DNA of 64,000 bases from the human T2T-CHM13v2.0 reference genome, Homo sapiens (GCF_009914755.1 NC_060936.1); one strand, 5' to 3'; positions 1 to 13,423 are shown, counted from the first letter of the stretch. Notes: generated by a model not told the origin, from the letters alone. Program-made: numbers and translations.

Positions 1-750
1 ATCCTTTCTCCAATACCACGTTGTCTCGATTAGCATACCTCTATAGTAGTAAGCTTGCAATTAGCTTATGTGAATCTTCCAAGCTTCTTGTTCTTGTTAA
101 AAATAGTTTTGGCTACTCTAGTTCCTTTGCCTCTCCATATACATTTTAGAATTAGCTTGTTGATTCTACATAAATCCCAGCACAGATTTCGAATGGTCTT
201 GCACTGCATCTGTAGGCTCACTTGGGGCAGCTGACATACCAATATTAAGTCTATGAATATGATCTCTCTGTCCATGTATTTAGGTATCTGATTTCTTTCC
301 TCAGTGTTTTCTGATTTTCGGCATACAAATACTGCACGTGTTTTGTTAGACTTAATGCTAAGTAGTTCATGTTTTGTTGTGTCATTGTAAACGGCACTAC
401 TTTTAAAAATTTTAATTTCTAAATTTTCATTGCTCACATATGGAAATAGAACGGATTTTTGTATATTGACCTTGTATCCATTGATGTTGCTACACTCCAT
501 TTGTTAGTTCTAGGAACTTTTTTATCCTTTGAGATTCCTTGAGATTTTCTAAGTAGATTTCCATGTCATCTGTGAACAGAAAAAGTTGTATTCCTTCCTT
601 TCCAGTCTGTACACCAGGTGTGACTTCCCCTCACCATGTCGCCCTGGTTATGACCTCCAGTATGATGTGGAAAAGGAGTGGTGAGGGCCGACATCCTTGT
701 CTGTGCCTGGTATTAGGAGGATCACATTCAGCCTTTCACCATTAAGGATG
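1..750 (-). mobile_element. Old LINE-1 (L1M-type) ORF2 fragment
   Basis: ORF 66..500 resembles degenerate L1 ORF2 (GYKVNIQKSV; NKLILKCIWRGKGTRVAKTI). Confidence 0.8.
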
Positions 751-1902
751 ATAGTTTCTGGCAGTGCGGCAGGGGGCACATAGATATATCAGGCTAGGTT
801 CCCTTGGCCATCGACATTTAGAAAAATAGCATAAAAAAATTTTAATCTAACTGATAAATCAAGTTACCGTTCCTTAACAGAAATTCTTGTATACTTTCTG
901 GGTCTGTGGTGTACAGGGCCTGTGCTCTCTTTGAAAGAGTCTTAGTCAACTTCGGGAAAGGAGATCTTAACAAAAGTGAGTAGAGGGGATAAAGGGCTCA
1001 AAGATCTTCGATCTCATGGATTTAATGTGGGCGATATATTCACACTAAACTTCGACTATTAGATGTGGATTCTGTCTTGAAACAATGCGTTTATTAATGC
1101 CAAAAAAGGTTGAAATGTTTTGATTTTGTGATTGATTATCCTTAAAATTATGTATATTCTTTGAAGCACAGAATTTTGTCTTTGAAGTCTGATTTAGAAG
1201 CTAATCAAGTTTTGAAGTATTAAACCTTAAATATGAATGATATAAAACTGATATCTCTCTACAGCTTTTTAGAAAAAGCAGAGGCTTTTTTTGAGACTAC
1301 AGAGGCTTTTTTTAATGAGGACATTGTTATTGCACGTGGAAAAAAATTTAAAACTCATAAATGTAATGTTGCTTAAAAAATCACTGAAAATAGTTTTGCT
1401 GCATTCTCACTGGTGCTTGCAGACTGGCTTAAGATAAATGAAGGAGTTTCATGTCTACCCAAACTAAAGAGAAAAGAGCTTGTGCCTCTTGGATAAGCAA
1501 AGGTCACCTAAAGAATGAAAGGCATAGCGGCCCCCCAACCACCCACTGAAATTTATTGTAGACAGGCTGATGTTCAAACCGTATTACCAGAAAGCAGCTA
1601 ATCATGTGTTTTCTAGATGCGATAAATTGTTTGCAAGCAAGACGGTACTTCATCGCCCATTAGATCATCTGTGTCTTCACACTTAGGTGTATCTGTGTCC
1701 CTAAAGCACACAGGAGACTACTGGCAGTCCTGGTTTGTAGGGTGGCTTTTGCCCAAGAAAAATCACTGGTCAACATTTACATGACTTTGGCATATTTAAA
1801 TGATGCAATTTGGGGTCTCCTCATCACCGCCTGCCTCTCTGAGCGGCAGGTGTTTTGTGGGATAAAATGCACAGGGAAGGTCGAATAGGGGTTTGCGCTT
1901 AC

Positions 1903-2071
1903 CTATTTTCTCCACAGGTGTATTCAGAGGGAGAAAGCCCTGTCTAAGAAGCTGATCCATCATCTCCTCATCATCTGCTTGTATCTCAGAGACCATGTTA
2001 CAAGGAATAAGGCCAAGCCGGGCACAGGTTTCCCCACGGTAGAATCCATCAGCGTCTTTATCACCATAAAC
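1903..2071 (-). CDS. RIMBP2: Exon VYGDKDADGFYRGE...LNTPVEKI(E), end of SH3-2, 169 nt, phase 0-1
   Basis: ggctctag|GTTTAT...ATAG|gtaagc. Confidence 0.96.
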
Positions 2072-2615
2072 CTAGAGCCAAGGGGGAAAATAAATCAAGC
2101 ACTGTAATTGATTGGTTCAGAAATACAATAGTCCCACTGACGGTAAGTGAGTGTAGTCGAAAATATATTTTAAATATAGTTTAAAAATACCATAAATCAC
2201 CTGCATAGGTCACCCACGTGTGTGCTGTGGATGTGTACATGTAACCCTCGCTCTATGACTCTGACTTAAGAGCCAGTTTTTCATCTAGTGTTTGGACAAC
2301 CTGCCATTCTTCTCATCAGGCAGGGTGTTTGCTTGGATGAATGCATGTTATTTAAATTCACGCACATTAAAAGGGTGTGTGATGAGACCCCACTCTACCA
2401 AGAAGGACCAGGTAGGCTGCACAAAGTGGTGTTTCTGTCTGCCTGAAATGGGTTCCTACGTAACAAGATAGTGCCACATAGCAGGCATTCTGACCGTTCT
2501 CAAATGCCAACTGTCAGGACCCTTGCTGAAACTGCAAACAGGGTTCAAGGCCCTCTTTCTTTCCCCTCTCCTACTGAACAGCCCACTTTCTCTCATTTTC
2601 CCTACTTGAGACTCA

Positions 2616-2990
<375 letters not shown>

Positions 2991-3405
2991 CTAAGGCATG
3001 GAACTCCAGCCTCTAGCTGCTGATGCTCCCTTCTTCCCTTTTTCCCTCCCTTTCCCTCTCCCTCCTTCCTCTCTTCCCTGCCTGTCTGCTGACTGACAAG
3101 TGTTGTTTTAAAATTTGGAGCCTGTGTTATTTTTCTCAACAACGTAGGCTCTAATAGAATCCAGAGTTCACAGGACATATTTGGGTGTGTTTGTGTGCAC
3201 ACAAACCGGGCAGATGCTGGAGAAGGCACTTTGCAGAGGGCAGGGCCCTTGCCGTCACAGCACCATGCCACCTCCTCCCGTGCCTCGCCCATGGCCTGCA
3301 GGAGAAGGCCATCTCTAAGTCGATACCCTGTTGCCAGTCTCTGCCCCCATGACCCAGACCCGCCTCAGGGGCTGATGAAGCCGCCCGCAGGCAGCCATCC
3401 CGCAC

Positions 3406-3587
3406 CTTGATGATCTGGCCTTCTTTAAAGGGAAGCTCCTCCTCTGCAGCATCTGGGTTTGGGGACATGGTGAGCGGGTCGTAGTCAAAGAGAGCCACAA
3501 AGATCCGGGCCGGGAGCTCTTCGGCACCAGGGTCAGTTTCTGACTCTTCATAGAAGTCTGGAGAAAGGCGGTCTCGCCCGTAATCGT
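3406..3587 (-). CDS. RIMBP2: Exon (D)DYGRDRLS...[10 protein letters not shown]...GQIIK, first part of SH3-2, 182 nt, phase 1-0
   Basis: ctcgcag|ACGATT...AAG|gtgcgg; ORF 3151..3597. Confidence 0.96.
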
Positions 3588-4129
3588 CTGCGAGCAAGTG
3601 GGGGTGAAGAACAGAGCGGCAGTGAGCCTAACTGAGGAGCGTGCACGGGAAATGCAGCTTTGGAAAGCAGTGAGGATGGCAGCGGTTCCTTGACTTTTGT
3701 CTTTTTTGTGTCTTAACATGTAGGTGGAAATAGATCGGGAGGTCTAGGTCAGATGAATTGGAGAAGCAAATAACCACAGCCACACTCTGTACCTGGCCAC
3801 ACTGCATGTGAAAGCATTGAGACAGGGCTGGACCTCGGGGGCCTCCTCAGAGAGCACAGGCTGGGGCAGGGGCTGCGGCCGTGCCAGGGGCAGGATGGCC
3901 CATGCTGGGGAGCCTTCCCAGGACCCACACACTCTGCAAAATGGAAAGCTAAGCACAGCCCACGTTTAAAATGTTTGTATGTTAGTCAAAGTCCATAGAG
4001 GTGACCAACTGTTCACTTACGTAAATATGTAACTGGCAACAAATGCATCCTTATTACAGTGAATTAATAATTTCCTGGTGAATTGGGTTTCAACTCCATA
4101 TACCACCCAGCTTCCAAAAGTGGTTCTTT

Positions 4130-7030
4130 TGGACTAGAGGAAATGGATACATTCCTAGACACACACAACCTCCCAGGATTGAATCAGGAAGAAATCGAAA
4201 CCCTGAATAGACCAATATTGATGAAATGAATTCACTGCTGAATTCTACCAACATACAAAGAAGAGCTGGTACCAATTCTACTGAAACTATTCCAAAAAAT
4301 TGAGGAGAAAGGACTCCACCCTAACTCATTCTATGAAGCCAACATCACCCTGATACCCAAATCTGACAGACACAACAAAAAGAGAAAACTACAGGCTAAT
4401 ATCCCTGATGAACACAGATGCAAAAATCCTCAATAAAATACTAGCAAACTGAATCCAGCAGCACATCAAAAAGACAATTCACCATGATCAAGTAGGCTTT
4501 ATCCCTCAGATGCAAGATTGGTTCAACATATGCAAATCAATAAATATGATTCACCACAGAAACAGAACTAAAACAAAAACCATATGATTATCTCAATAGT
4601 GCAGAAAAAGCTTGCAATAAAATCCAACATCCCTTCATGATTAAAAAAACCCTCAACAATCTAGGCATTGAAAGATGTACCTCAAAAATAGTAAGAGGCA
4701 TCTGTGACAAACCCACAGCCAATATCATATTGAACAGGCAAAGGCTGGAAGCCTTCACCTTAAGAACTGGAGCAAGGCAAGGATGCCTGCTCTCACCATT
4801 CCTGTTCAACACTGGAGTGCTATAGCCAGAGCAGTCAGGCAAGAGAAAGAAATAAAAGGCATCCATATAGGAAATAAGAAGTCAAATTATCTCTCTTCAC
4901 TGATGATACGGCATCCATATAGGAAACAAGAAGTCAAATTCTCTCTCTTCACTGATGACAAGGCATCCATATAGGAAATAAGAAGTCAAATTATCTCTCT
5001 TCACTGATGATAAGGCATCCATATAGGAAATAAGAAGTCAAATTATCTCTCTTCACTGATGATATGATTCCAAACCTAGAAAACCCTGAAGACTCTGCTA
5101 AAAGGTTCCTAAACCAATAGACAATTTCAATAAAATTTCAGGATACAAAATCAATGTATAAAAATCAGTAGCATTTCTATACACCAATAAATTGTTCAAG
5201 CTGAGAGCCAAATCATGAATGCAATCCCATTGACAATAGCCACACACACACACACACACACACACAATATACAGAATACATCTAACCAAGACACACAGAA
5301 TGTACCTAACCAAGGAGGTGAAAGATCTCTACAAGGAGAACGACAGAACACTGCTGAGAGAAGTCATAGATCACATGAATGCTAAAATATTCCATGCTCA
5401 TGGGTTAGAATATCATTAAAGTAGCCATATTGCCTAATGCAACCTACAGATTCAATGCTATTTCTATCAAACTTCCATTGTCATTTTATATAGAATTAGG
5501 AAAAACTACTCTAAAATTCATATGGAACCAAAAAAGAGCCCAAATAGCCGAAGTAGTCTTAAGCAAAAGGAACAAATCCGGAGGCATCACATTACCTGAC
5601 TTCAAACTATACTATAAGGCTACAGTCACTATAATAGCATGGCACTGGTACAAAAACAGACACACAGACTAATGGAACAGAATAGAGAACCAGAAATAAA
5701 ACCACATGCCTACAACCCTCTGATATTTGACAAAGTTGAGAAAAATAAGCAGTGGGGAAAGGACTCCCCATTCAATAAATGCTGCTGGGATAACTGGCTA
5801 GTCACATGCAGAAGATTGAAACTGGACTCCTACCTTTTACCATATACAAACATTAACTCAAGGTGGATCAAAGATTTGAACGTAAGACCTCAAATTACAC
5901 AAATACTGCAAGAAAACCTAGGAAATACCATTCTGGACATCAGCCTTGGCAAAGAATTATGACTAAGACCACAAAAACAATTGCCACACAAACAAAAATT
6001 AACATGCATGACCTAATTAAAGAACTTCTGCACAGCAAAAGAAACTATCAACAGAGTGAACAACACCCTACAGAATGGGAGAAAATATTTGCAAATTGTG
6101 CATCTGACAAAGGTCTAGTGTCCGGAATCTGCAAGGAACTTAAATCAACAAGCAAAAAATGACTCCATTAAAAAGAGCAAAGGACATGAATAGACTTCTC
6201 AAAAGATCACATACAAGCAGATAATAAAATATAAATAAAAAATATATTTAAAAAATGTATAAAAATAAATAAAAATGCTCCACATCACTAATCATTAGAG
6301 AAATCCAAGACAAAATCACAATGAGATACCATCTCACACCAGTCAGAATGACGATTAAAAAGTCAAAAAATAGACGTTGGGGTGACTGCAAAGAAAAGAA
6401 ACACTTAAAAATGTATATACCATTGGAGGGAACGGAAATTAGTTCAGCCACTGTGGAAAGCAGTTTGGAGATTTCTTGGAGAACTTAGAACTACCATTTG
6501 ACACACCAGTGCCATTACTGGGTATATACCCAAAGGAAAAGAAGTCGTTTCACCAAAAAGACACAGGCACTCAATATGGTGATCGCAGCACTGTTCACAA
6601 TAGCAGGGACATGGAATCAACCTAGATGCTCATCAACAGTGGATTGAATAAAGATGTGGTGCGTATACCACATGGAATGCTATGCAGCCAGAGAAATGAA
6701 CAAAATCACGTCCTCTGCAGCCACTGGAGGCCATCATCCCAAGAAAATTAACACAAGAACAGAACACCAGATACCTCATACTCTCACTTATAAGTGGGAG
6801 CTAAACATTGGGTCCACATAGACACGAAGATGGGAACAACAGAAACTGGGGAACACTAGATGGTGAAGGAGGGAGGGGGCAAGGGCCGAGAAACTCCTGA
6901 CGGGGCGCTATGCTCACTACCTGGATGATGGCATCATTTGTAACCCAAACATCAGCATTCTGCACTATACCCATGTAACAGACCTGCACATGTACCCCAG
7001 TGAATCCAAAATAAAAGTTGAAAGTTTATT
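4130..7030 (+). mobile_element. 5'-truncated LINE-1 (old primate L1PA13-16/L1PB-like): ORF2 remnants and 3' UTR
   Basis: Fragmented ORF2 peptides ([18 protein letters not shown]; [12 protein letters not shown]; [13 protein letters not shown]) and an L1 3' end with aataaaagttg at about 7010; subfamily tentative. Confidence 0.92.
4856..5063 (+). repeat. 52-bp tandem repeat x4 inside L1 ORF2
   Basis: Unit aaggcatccatataggaaataagaagtcaaattatctctcttcactgatgat starting at 4856, 4908, 4960 and 5012. Confidence 0.95.
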
Positions 7031-8515
7031 TTAAGAAATCAAAACAATTATTTTGGAAATCCTAATACATATGCATATATATACATGTGGATCACTAAAC
7101 ATCATTAGATAGATGTGTACATATGTGTATATATGTATGGAGAGAGAATGGGAGGGGAGAGGGAACTGACAGATAATATTGGTCTGATCATGGGAGGTGG
7201 TCTCACAACACCATCAGGGAAGCAAGTGAGAAACACGCCAGCTGGCAGCAGAGAGAGCAGCATTGGGAGAAGCAGCCCAGTGTGAGCTTCTGTCCCAGCA
7301 CGAGGAACACAGGTGGTGGGACGAGATGACACAGGTATGCAGAAGAGACAGGACAGGTGGTGGAGAAAGAACCAAACCGTTTGGCCTCTTTCACCAGAAA
7401 AAATAAAACACGCAGTCTAACAAAAGCACTTTGGCTGCAGGAAAGGTTGAATTTTAAAATGCAATGAATTGTTTACATTATTGAGATTCAGAGTCTTTTT
7501 TGAATGCCTAATCTAAAATGTCAGTAATTTCTGCCAGGGAACAAACCTTTTCCACAGCAGCCTTCATTAATTTCTCCAGGCTGTTATGATTTTGTTGATA
7601 GTCCATGAAAAAACCTGACTTTTTTCTAGTTTCAAGTGGTATCTGAGTTCAATAGAATGTGAAGCGCTCCATGGCCTCTACAACAGGCACAGCTGTGCAG
7701 CCCCTGCTCACACCCAGGGATGATGGTGGAGAACAGCTGTGGCTGCATGAGAAGGACGCCTGCTTTCCATTCTGCTGGAGATCTGCTGGAGGAACTTAAT
7801 GACCATGTCAGTGTGATCTAGTGAATGCAGTTCCAGGTACGGAAAAATGCCAGTGGAGGAGAACCTCTGGCTACACCATTTTCCAAGCAAGTTCTCAGCA
7901 CTTCCCAGCTGAGTTTATGTGGCAAGTTTGTGGCATCAAAACGTGCAGAGGGGTCAGGGGCTAAGGTCAGATTCTAGAGAGAGTTGGGTGTGGTCAACAT
8001 ACCCCTTGAAAATCTTTCAGGTCCCTCCTATAGCCTACGTAAGAGTGCATTTTCTCAGTAGGTGGCTTATACTCAAGGACCATGATCTGTGAAAACATCT
8101 TTGTGTCTTCAAGTCCAAACTCACATGGACCATGCAACTGGCCACACCACGGGAGGCATTTAGGCAGACACCCCAACACAGAGCTGCCTGAGGCCAGTCC
8201 CCCAACGAAGGCTCCTTCCAGAGAACTGCCCACAATGTCACGTTGTTTTGGGGGGAAGACAGGTGTGGGGTAGAGGTGGGTGGAGCACTTGGAGTTGAAC
8301 GTATGTGAATAAAATCAGCGTATGCGGTGACTCCACCGTATGTTCTTCCAGAGAGGATGCACTGGATGTGTTATGAGCACCAAACCTCGACAGGGAAAGA
8401 GTAGCAGCCTCCCTGGAATGTGTCCATGGAAACTTGGCTTCACTGCAGACTGGACTGGGCAGTTGGGGGTCCCTTGTCCTTGGTGATGGCAGGCGAGACT
8501 GAAAGAAGCACTTAC

Positions 8516-8773
8516 CTACAGCTGTCTGTCTGACCCTGGGGGGAGTGGGCACTGCCTCCCATCCTGCTGAGGAAGTGTGCTGGCCCAAGGGGTCTTTGTT
8601 AGGAGGAAGGGTGTGCATATCGTGTGGGAGATCAGGGCTCATGCCTGGACGCCTGGGTGGGCTCCCAAATCCACTGGTGCCATAAGAATAAGCACCGTCT
8701 TCTACAGGAGAGAGGTTTCCCTCACTACCTGGCCCAGACCGACTGCCCTCACTGCTACTGTCCGTTGTAATTT
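8516..8773 (-). CDS. RIMBP2: 258-nt alternative cassette exon (E)ITTDSSSEG...RVRQTAV, phase 1-1, with possible internal donors
   Basis: ccctttatctccatag|AAATTA...GTAG|gtaagt; 86 open codons in ORF 8238..8795; continues VPSI|EITTDS in frame. Confidence 0.75.
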
Positions 8774-10972
8774 CTATGGAGATAAAGGGAATCATCTATT
8801 AAACAGAGTTGACAGCTTTTGATTTTTTTTATTGCAGGGAAACCTGAAGAAAAGAGCTCCCCTTTTTAAGGGGCAAAGCTTTGTCAATAGAGTTACTAAT
8901 GTTTTTATTTTTCCTCCCTGGACACAAAGAAAACACGCTGGACTTTCCTCACTTTGTAGGCTCAGTAGCCAAAATAACAAAAAATGGGAGAATACAGAGG
9001 AGATATTCAGAGTTGATTCCTAAGAACAGAATCCTCTTGAACGTGGTGCTTCGGTTTTAGAAGAGTGAAGCTACAGGCCTTCTGTCTGACAGGTCAACAA
9101 CTAGATAAATGCAAAGACCAAAAGTTATAAAGGATAAAAATCAAACCTAATTAAGTATATATTTGAAGCCACATAATTTTGTTTTTTAATCATGAAGGAC
9201 ATTTTTTAAATTTTGGAAATCCAGAAAATATTAAAATTTATATTATTTTTCATTGTAGGTCCACTGCTTATTAAAAATAGGAAGTGTATGGTTTACAGAC
9301 TTAATTTCCTCTGAAAAAGATAAGTAATCCTTTGAAATATAGATTTCTAAAATATTGTTTTCTAGTATTTTCACAAGAAAAATAGAAGTAAATGACAACT
9401 AGAGGAATATCCTGTCTGTTCAGCTGTCACTGATGTTCATTTCCCAAAGCTCTTTGCCGAGTCCTCCTCCTCCTCAGGTGGGTGATAAGCACCCTCCGCT
9501 TCTGTTTCCTTTTGAAACCATAATAGGTGCTGAGATGTGTATTTGTGTGTAAAGTATCTGGTTAGAGTTATTTTATGTGGTGTCCCGGCTTGCTACATGA
9601 TAAGAAGTCAGCACAATTAAAGCAAACCTATCATAGGTTTGTCAGTTAACTCTTTTCTGAGTTATGTTCAGAGGCTTTTTCCTTGTTAAGGTGTTGACAT
9701 AGATTTGCTCTTTCACCCAATTTAACAAGTGTGCTACTGAAATTAAGACACGCATGCAGCCTTTGGAATTCTACGGCTTCAGAAAAATCCAACCACATTC
9801 ATCAAAAGTAGTTTCATTTGGGAAGGGTTTTTATGATACTAATAAAACTTTAAAGCTTCTCACTGCTGATGAATGCAGTTTTAAAAAAAAAGTCTCAACA
9901 ATATACAGCCATTTGAAAAGCAATACTGATCTAGGAAAATAGCAAACCAAAGCGGAGACAAAAAATAATTATTTAAGCCAATATTGAGTCTAAGTCCAAG
10001 CAACAAGACAACCCAGGACAGTAGATTTAAACCAGACTCTGACAGCGAGGGTCACCCTGGCAAGACTGCAGGCCCAGGGTTGGTTTTCTTGGACTTCCTG
10101 GCTCAAGTGCTGATTTGTCACAGCACAATTTTCAGTTCTCAGTCCTAGGAGACTGGAGTAGAAGACCTACCATGCCTCTTCCAAAGGACGTCCTTTCTGA
10201 GCGCCTACAGCATTAACTTCTCAGCGGCTACACCATCCCCAGGTCACTTCCTGAGCCATGCTTGCAGTCTTCACTCATTAAAGTTACAGTCAAATGAAGA
10301 CTCGAAATCTCACCCTAACCACAGAGAGAGAATGAGAGCCTTGAACAGGGGGATTGGCCTTTTCCCCACATCGTTTCTCAAGGCAGGACATCTCGGACAG
10401 GTCATTTAACATGAAAGCCAGGAGAACCGATTTATTAAGCTCCATAGTCCCTCCAGAGGGAATGACACACGAATTGAATGAAGATTTGAGAGACACACAC
10501 TAGGTTTAGAATACCCGAAAGGAATCTGGGCTCCACTAACCCTGCTAGCTGATCTGTAATAAGTGCCATCAATGTTCTGTGAGCCTGACTGCATCTTTTA
10601 TTACTCAGTTAACTGAAAATACGGTTTCCTAAGGATCTTTAACATTGCATGAAATTTTTACCAGAGAAACATAAACACAATCTAAAAGCTGTGAAGATGG
10701 AATTTTTTTCTTATTGTTTGAATTGTACAAGGAAGAAAAAGTCTGGCAGGACACAATTTCAAAGAATCTGTTTTGCTTTATGAAGCCTTTCTTCATTTTG
10801 AATTGATGGAAAAGACCAATGGCCTTTTAAACTTCAGCTATTTCAACGAGATTCCAGGTGGCTTTTCAGTGGCCTAGACTATCCAGAAGTTATCCTCCTT
10901 GAGCCCTGTCATGCCAAACCAAGACGGTTTCTCCTCATCTATTTCTGCTGTATCAAGAGTTCTCCCTGCATT

Positions 10973-10976
<4 letters not shown>

Positions 10977-11006
<30 letters not shown>
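10977..11006. repeat. (TG)n microsatellite
   Basis: About 15 TG units. Confidence 0.95.
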
Positions 11007-11012
<6 letters not shown>

Positions 11013-11735
11013 TAGAAGCCTGGTTCCTCTGTGCTGATGACCAGCTTCCATTATCTTGTGCATAATACTTTTTGGAATTCTCCTTGCCATGATTGATTCC
11101 AATAATAGAAGTATCCCCCTCCATGGATTGATTAGGATGACTAAAACGATAGCTTTCAGCATGGCTGGCTGAATTCCAAAAAGTCAGGAAGAGAATGGAA
11201 ACGGAATGCCAGATGACGACTCATGAGCAAGGGAGGTGCCCAGATGGATGTGGGGAGCACACATTTCAGGGGCACACTCAGCTGCACGGTGTCCCCCAGG
11301 ATTTAGCTCTGCTGCCAGCGTGTCTTCTGCAGACAGGCAGCATTCCCTCGGGTGGGGCTCACAGACCCCTGAGGCACGCTGACATCCAGCTTCTGCACCT
11401 GCCATGGACTGTGACCCTGAGTGTCCCAGGGAGCCCATGCCAGGATGAGGGAGGTGACACAAAGTGGTCCCCCCTTCAGTGCTTACCCTGTGAAGCTCTC
11501 CAGGAAAAAATCAGCTGGGAGAACATGGATGTAGAAGGCCAATTTGATATTTCAAGAATACTTACAAATAGCTTTCATTTATCTTGTGCTGTTCCTGCCT
11601 TCTTTTTGCCATGAATAACAGTGTTCTTTGCTTAGCGGAAAATGCTACTCCTAAAGTTTTGTTCATGCTTAGATGGAGTAAGCAGCCACATGCTCCGCGG
11701 CTGAAAGACACAACAGCGATGATGGGGCCACTAAC

Positions 11736-11844
11736 CGATGGATGGGACTGTCACGGGCCGGGACCTCTGAGGACCAGCGCTGCCACGGGGAAACCTCCGG
11801 CCCATGTGATCCACCCGTCCTGCAGAGGCTGGGTTCCCTAAAAT
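11736..11844 (-). CDS. RIMBP2: Exon ILGNPASAG...RPVTVPSI, 109 nt, phase 0-1
   Basis: tgtctttag|ATTTTA...ATCG|gttagt. Confidence 0.94.
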
Positions 11845-12715
11845 CTAAAGACAAAACAACAACAAAGTCGTAAGTCTCGCCAGCATTGGGAACTGAAGAA
11901 TTCAGTTAGCCAAATCAAGCGGGTTGAAAAGCAGAATCTGTAAAGGCAACTAAACTTAGCTTTTAACTGAAAGGTTAGCTGAATGGCCTGGGAGAGAACA
12001 AAGCCGGGCACCAGCACCCCACTGTCTACTCGGAGCCGCTGCTGGGCGCATGGTGGGGTGAGGGCAAAAATAATTCCTTGTGGGGGGGTCTCTTTTGGTT
12101 GCTGCTGCTGGTGCTGAAGACAAATGTTTTGGGACCAAAGAGACAATGGCTTGAATACATCCCACCCCGCCTTGGCTCCTTGGAGCACCTGAGTCCCTCT
12201 TAGTCTCCACATGCCCCCCTCCCAGCTGTCACGAAAGTGGGGAAGATGTTGCAGTTCCTCCTGTCCTGCTTGGATAAAAGTCGTATGTGAGGTTTCAAAA
12301 AACTGAAAGACGGAAGTTTCTACATTTTATCAGCTTCAAAACTCAACATTCTACTCCTAATCTGAAAATGCTGGTAACATTCTAGGACTCAGACGGGTCT
12401 CCTTTCTGGCTAAGTTCACCTCTAAATTCACCTTTAGATCAGGGTTAGGATTGACTAAAGACAATCACAGCAAAACCTTCTTCTTGCTAGTAAGTAAATG
12501 GAGTGAGGAAGTTCTCAGGAACACAGGCATGAATGGTGGGAAGGGAGTCCGGGGATGAGGCGTGTCTGCTGCAGAACCTGTGGCAGGGCAGGGGAGGCTG
12601 CGGGCTGCCGTGGGCGGCTGAGTCACTGAGGCACGGATCTCGCACCTCTCCTGGGTGGGCCCATCGCAAGCACACGGCCTCAGACCCAAGGCCTGGCGCC
12701 ATGTGGATGGCTCAC

Positions 12716-12885
12716 CTGTGTTTTCAATGAAAAGGTCAGCATGACAGGAGCAAATGTTCCGAAAAGAGGACACAATATAGAGATGAATGAAGCCTTCAAT
12801 GAATCCCTATGCTCAAAACCAACAACAAGCCCAGACGGCAGGGCCGGCGGGGAGAAGGCTGATCATGGAAAATTTGTTCTGGAAA
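12716..12885 (-). other. Candidate poison (premature stop/NMD) cassette exon, 170 nt (alternative acceptor at 12878 gives 163 nt)
   Basis: Long pyrimidine tract ending tgcccacag| and donor CAG|gtgagc; frameshifting; in-frame TGA at 12798-12796. Confidence 0.45.
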
Positions 12886-13423
12886 CTGTGGGCACAGAAA
12901 AGAAATGGGAAAAAAACAAGAACTTTGGAAACAATATGCAAAAAAAAAAAAAAAAAAATAGATTTCTTCAATCTTTTTTTTTTTTTTTGGTTATAAATGT
13001 CAGAAAGCAATGAAAAAAACTCCAAAATAACAAGGAAAAAAAACCCTCGACAATACTAGTAGTCATAAATAAATCCCTAAGGATCCCTGTGAACACAAAC
13101 ATGTTGCCAAACTTTCAGATAATCACACTTCAGCTAACCCTTAATTAAAATTTAGATTCAGTTGTCCTTTAATTCAAGCAGCCATACTCATTACTGATTC
13201 TGGGGGGTGGAAATCATTACTCTAAGCACAGTAAAGAAATCTTCAGCATGGTCAAAAGGTTGGGAAGCAAATCGGACTTGAGAAATCAAAAATGCAGGGA
13301 AAACGAAAGACAGCCAGCAAGAGAGTCCCCAGGGATGGACACCAGAACAAACAGAAAACCAGTGAAAGGATGGGACAGATTGGTTTGGCAAGCGGCTGTG
13401 AAAAGGAAGTTTAGGTCACACAC

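Noticed and set aside
4090-6989. Multiple ORFs with reverse-transcriptase-like peptides
   Set aside because: Frameshifted, inactive L1 ORF2 remnants
7105-7394. Pyrimidine-rich minus-strand region with small ORFs
   Set aside because: No good donor and no protein similarity that I recognise
9437-9510. Short acidic peptide EAEGAYHPPEEEEDSAKSFGK* on the minus strand, as a possible terminal exon
   Set aside because: Lacks a convincing pyrimidine tract; could be chance
10290-10496. Minus-strand ORF (MELNKSVLLAF...) with a donor-like AGG|gtgaga at 10314, as a possible internal first exon
   Set aside because: The donor is phase 0 but the downstream exons need phase 1; no promoter evidence
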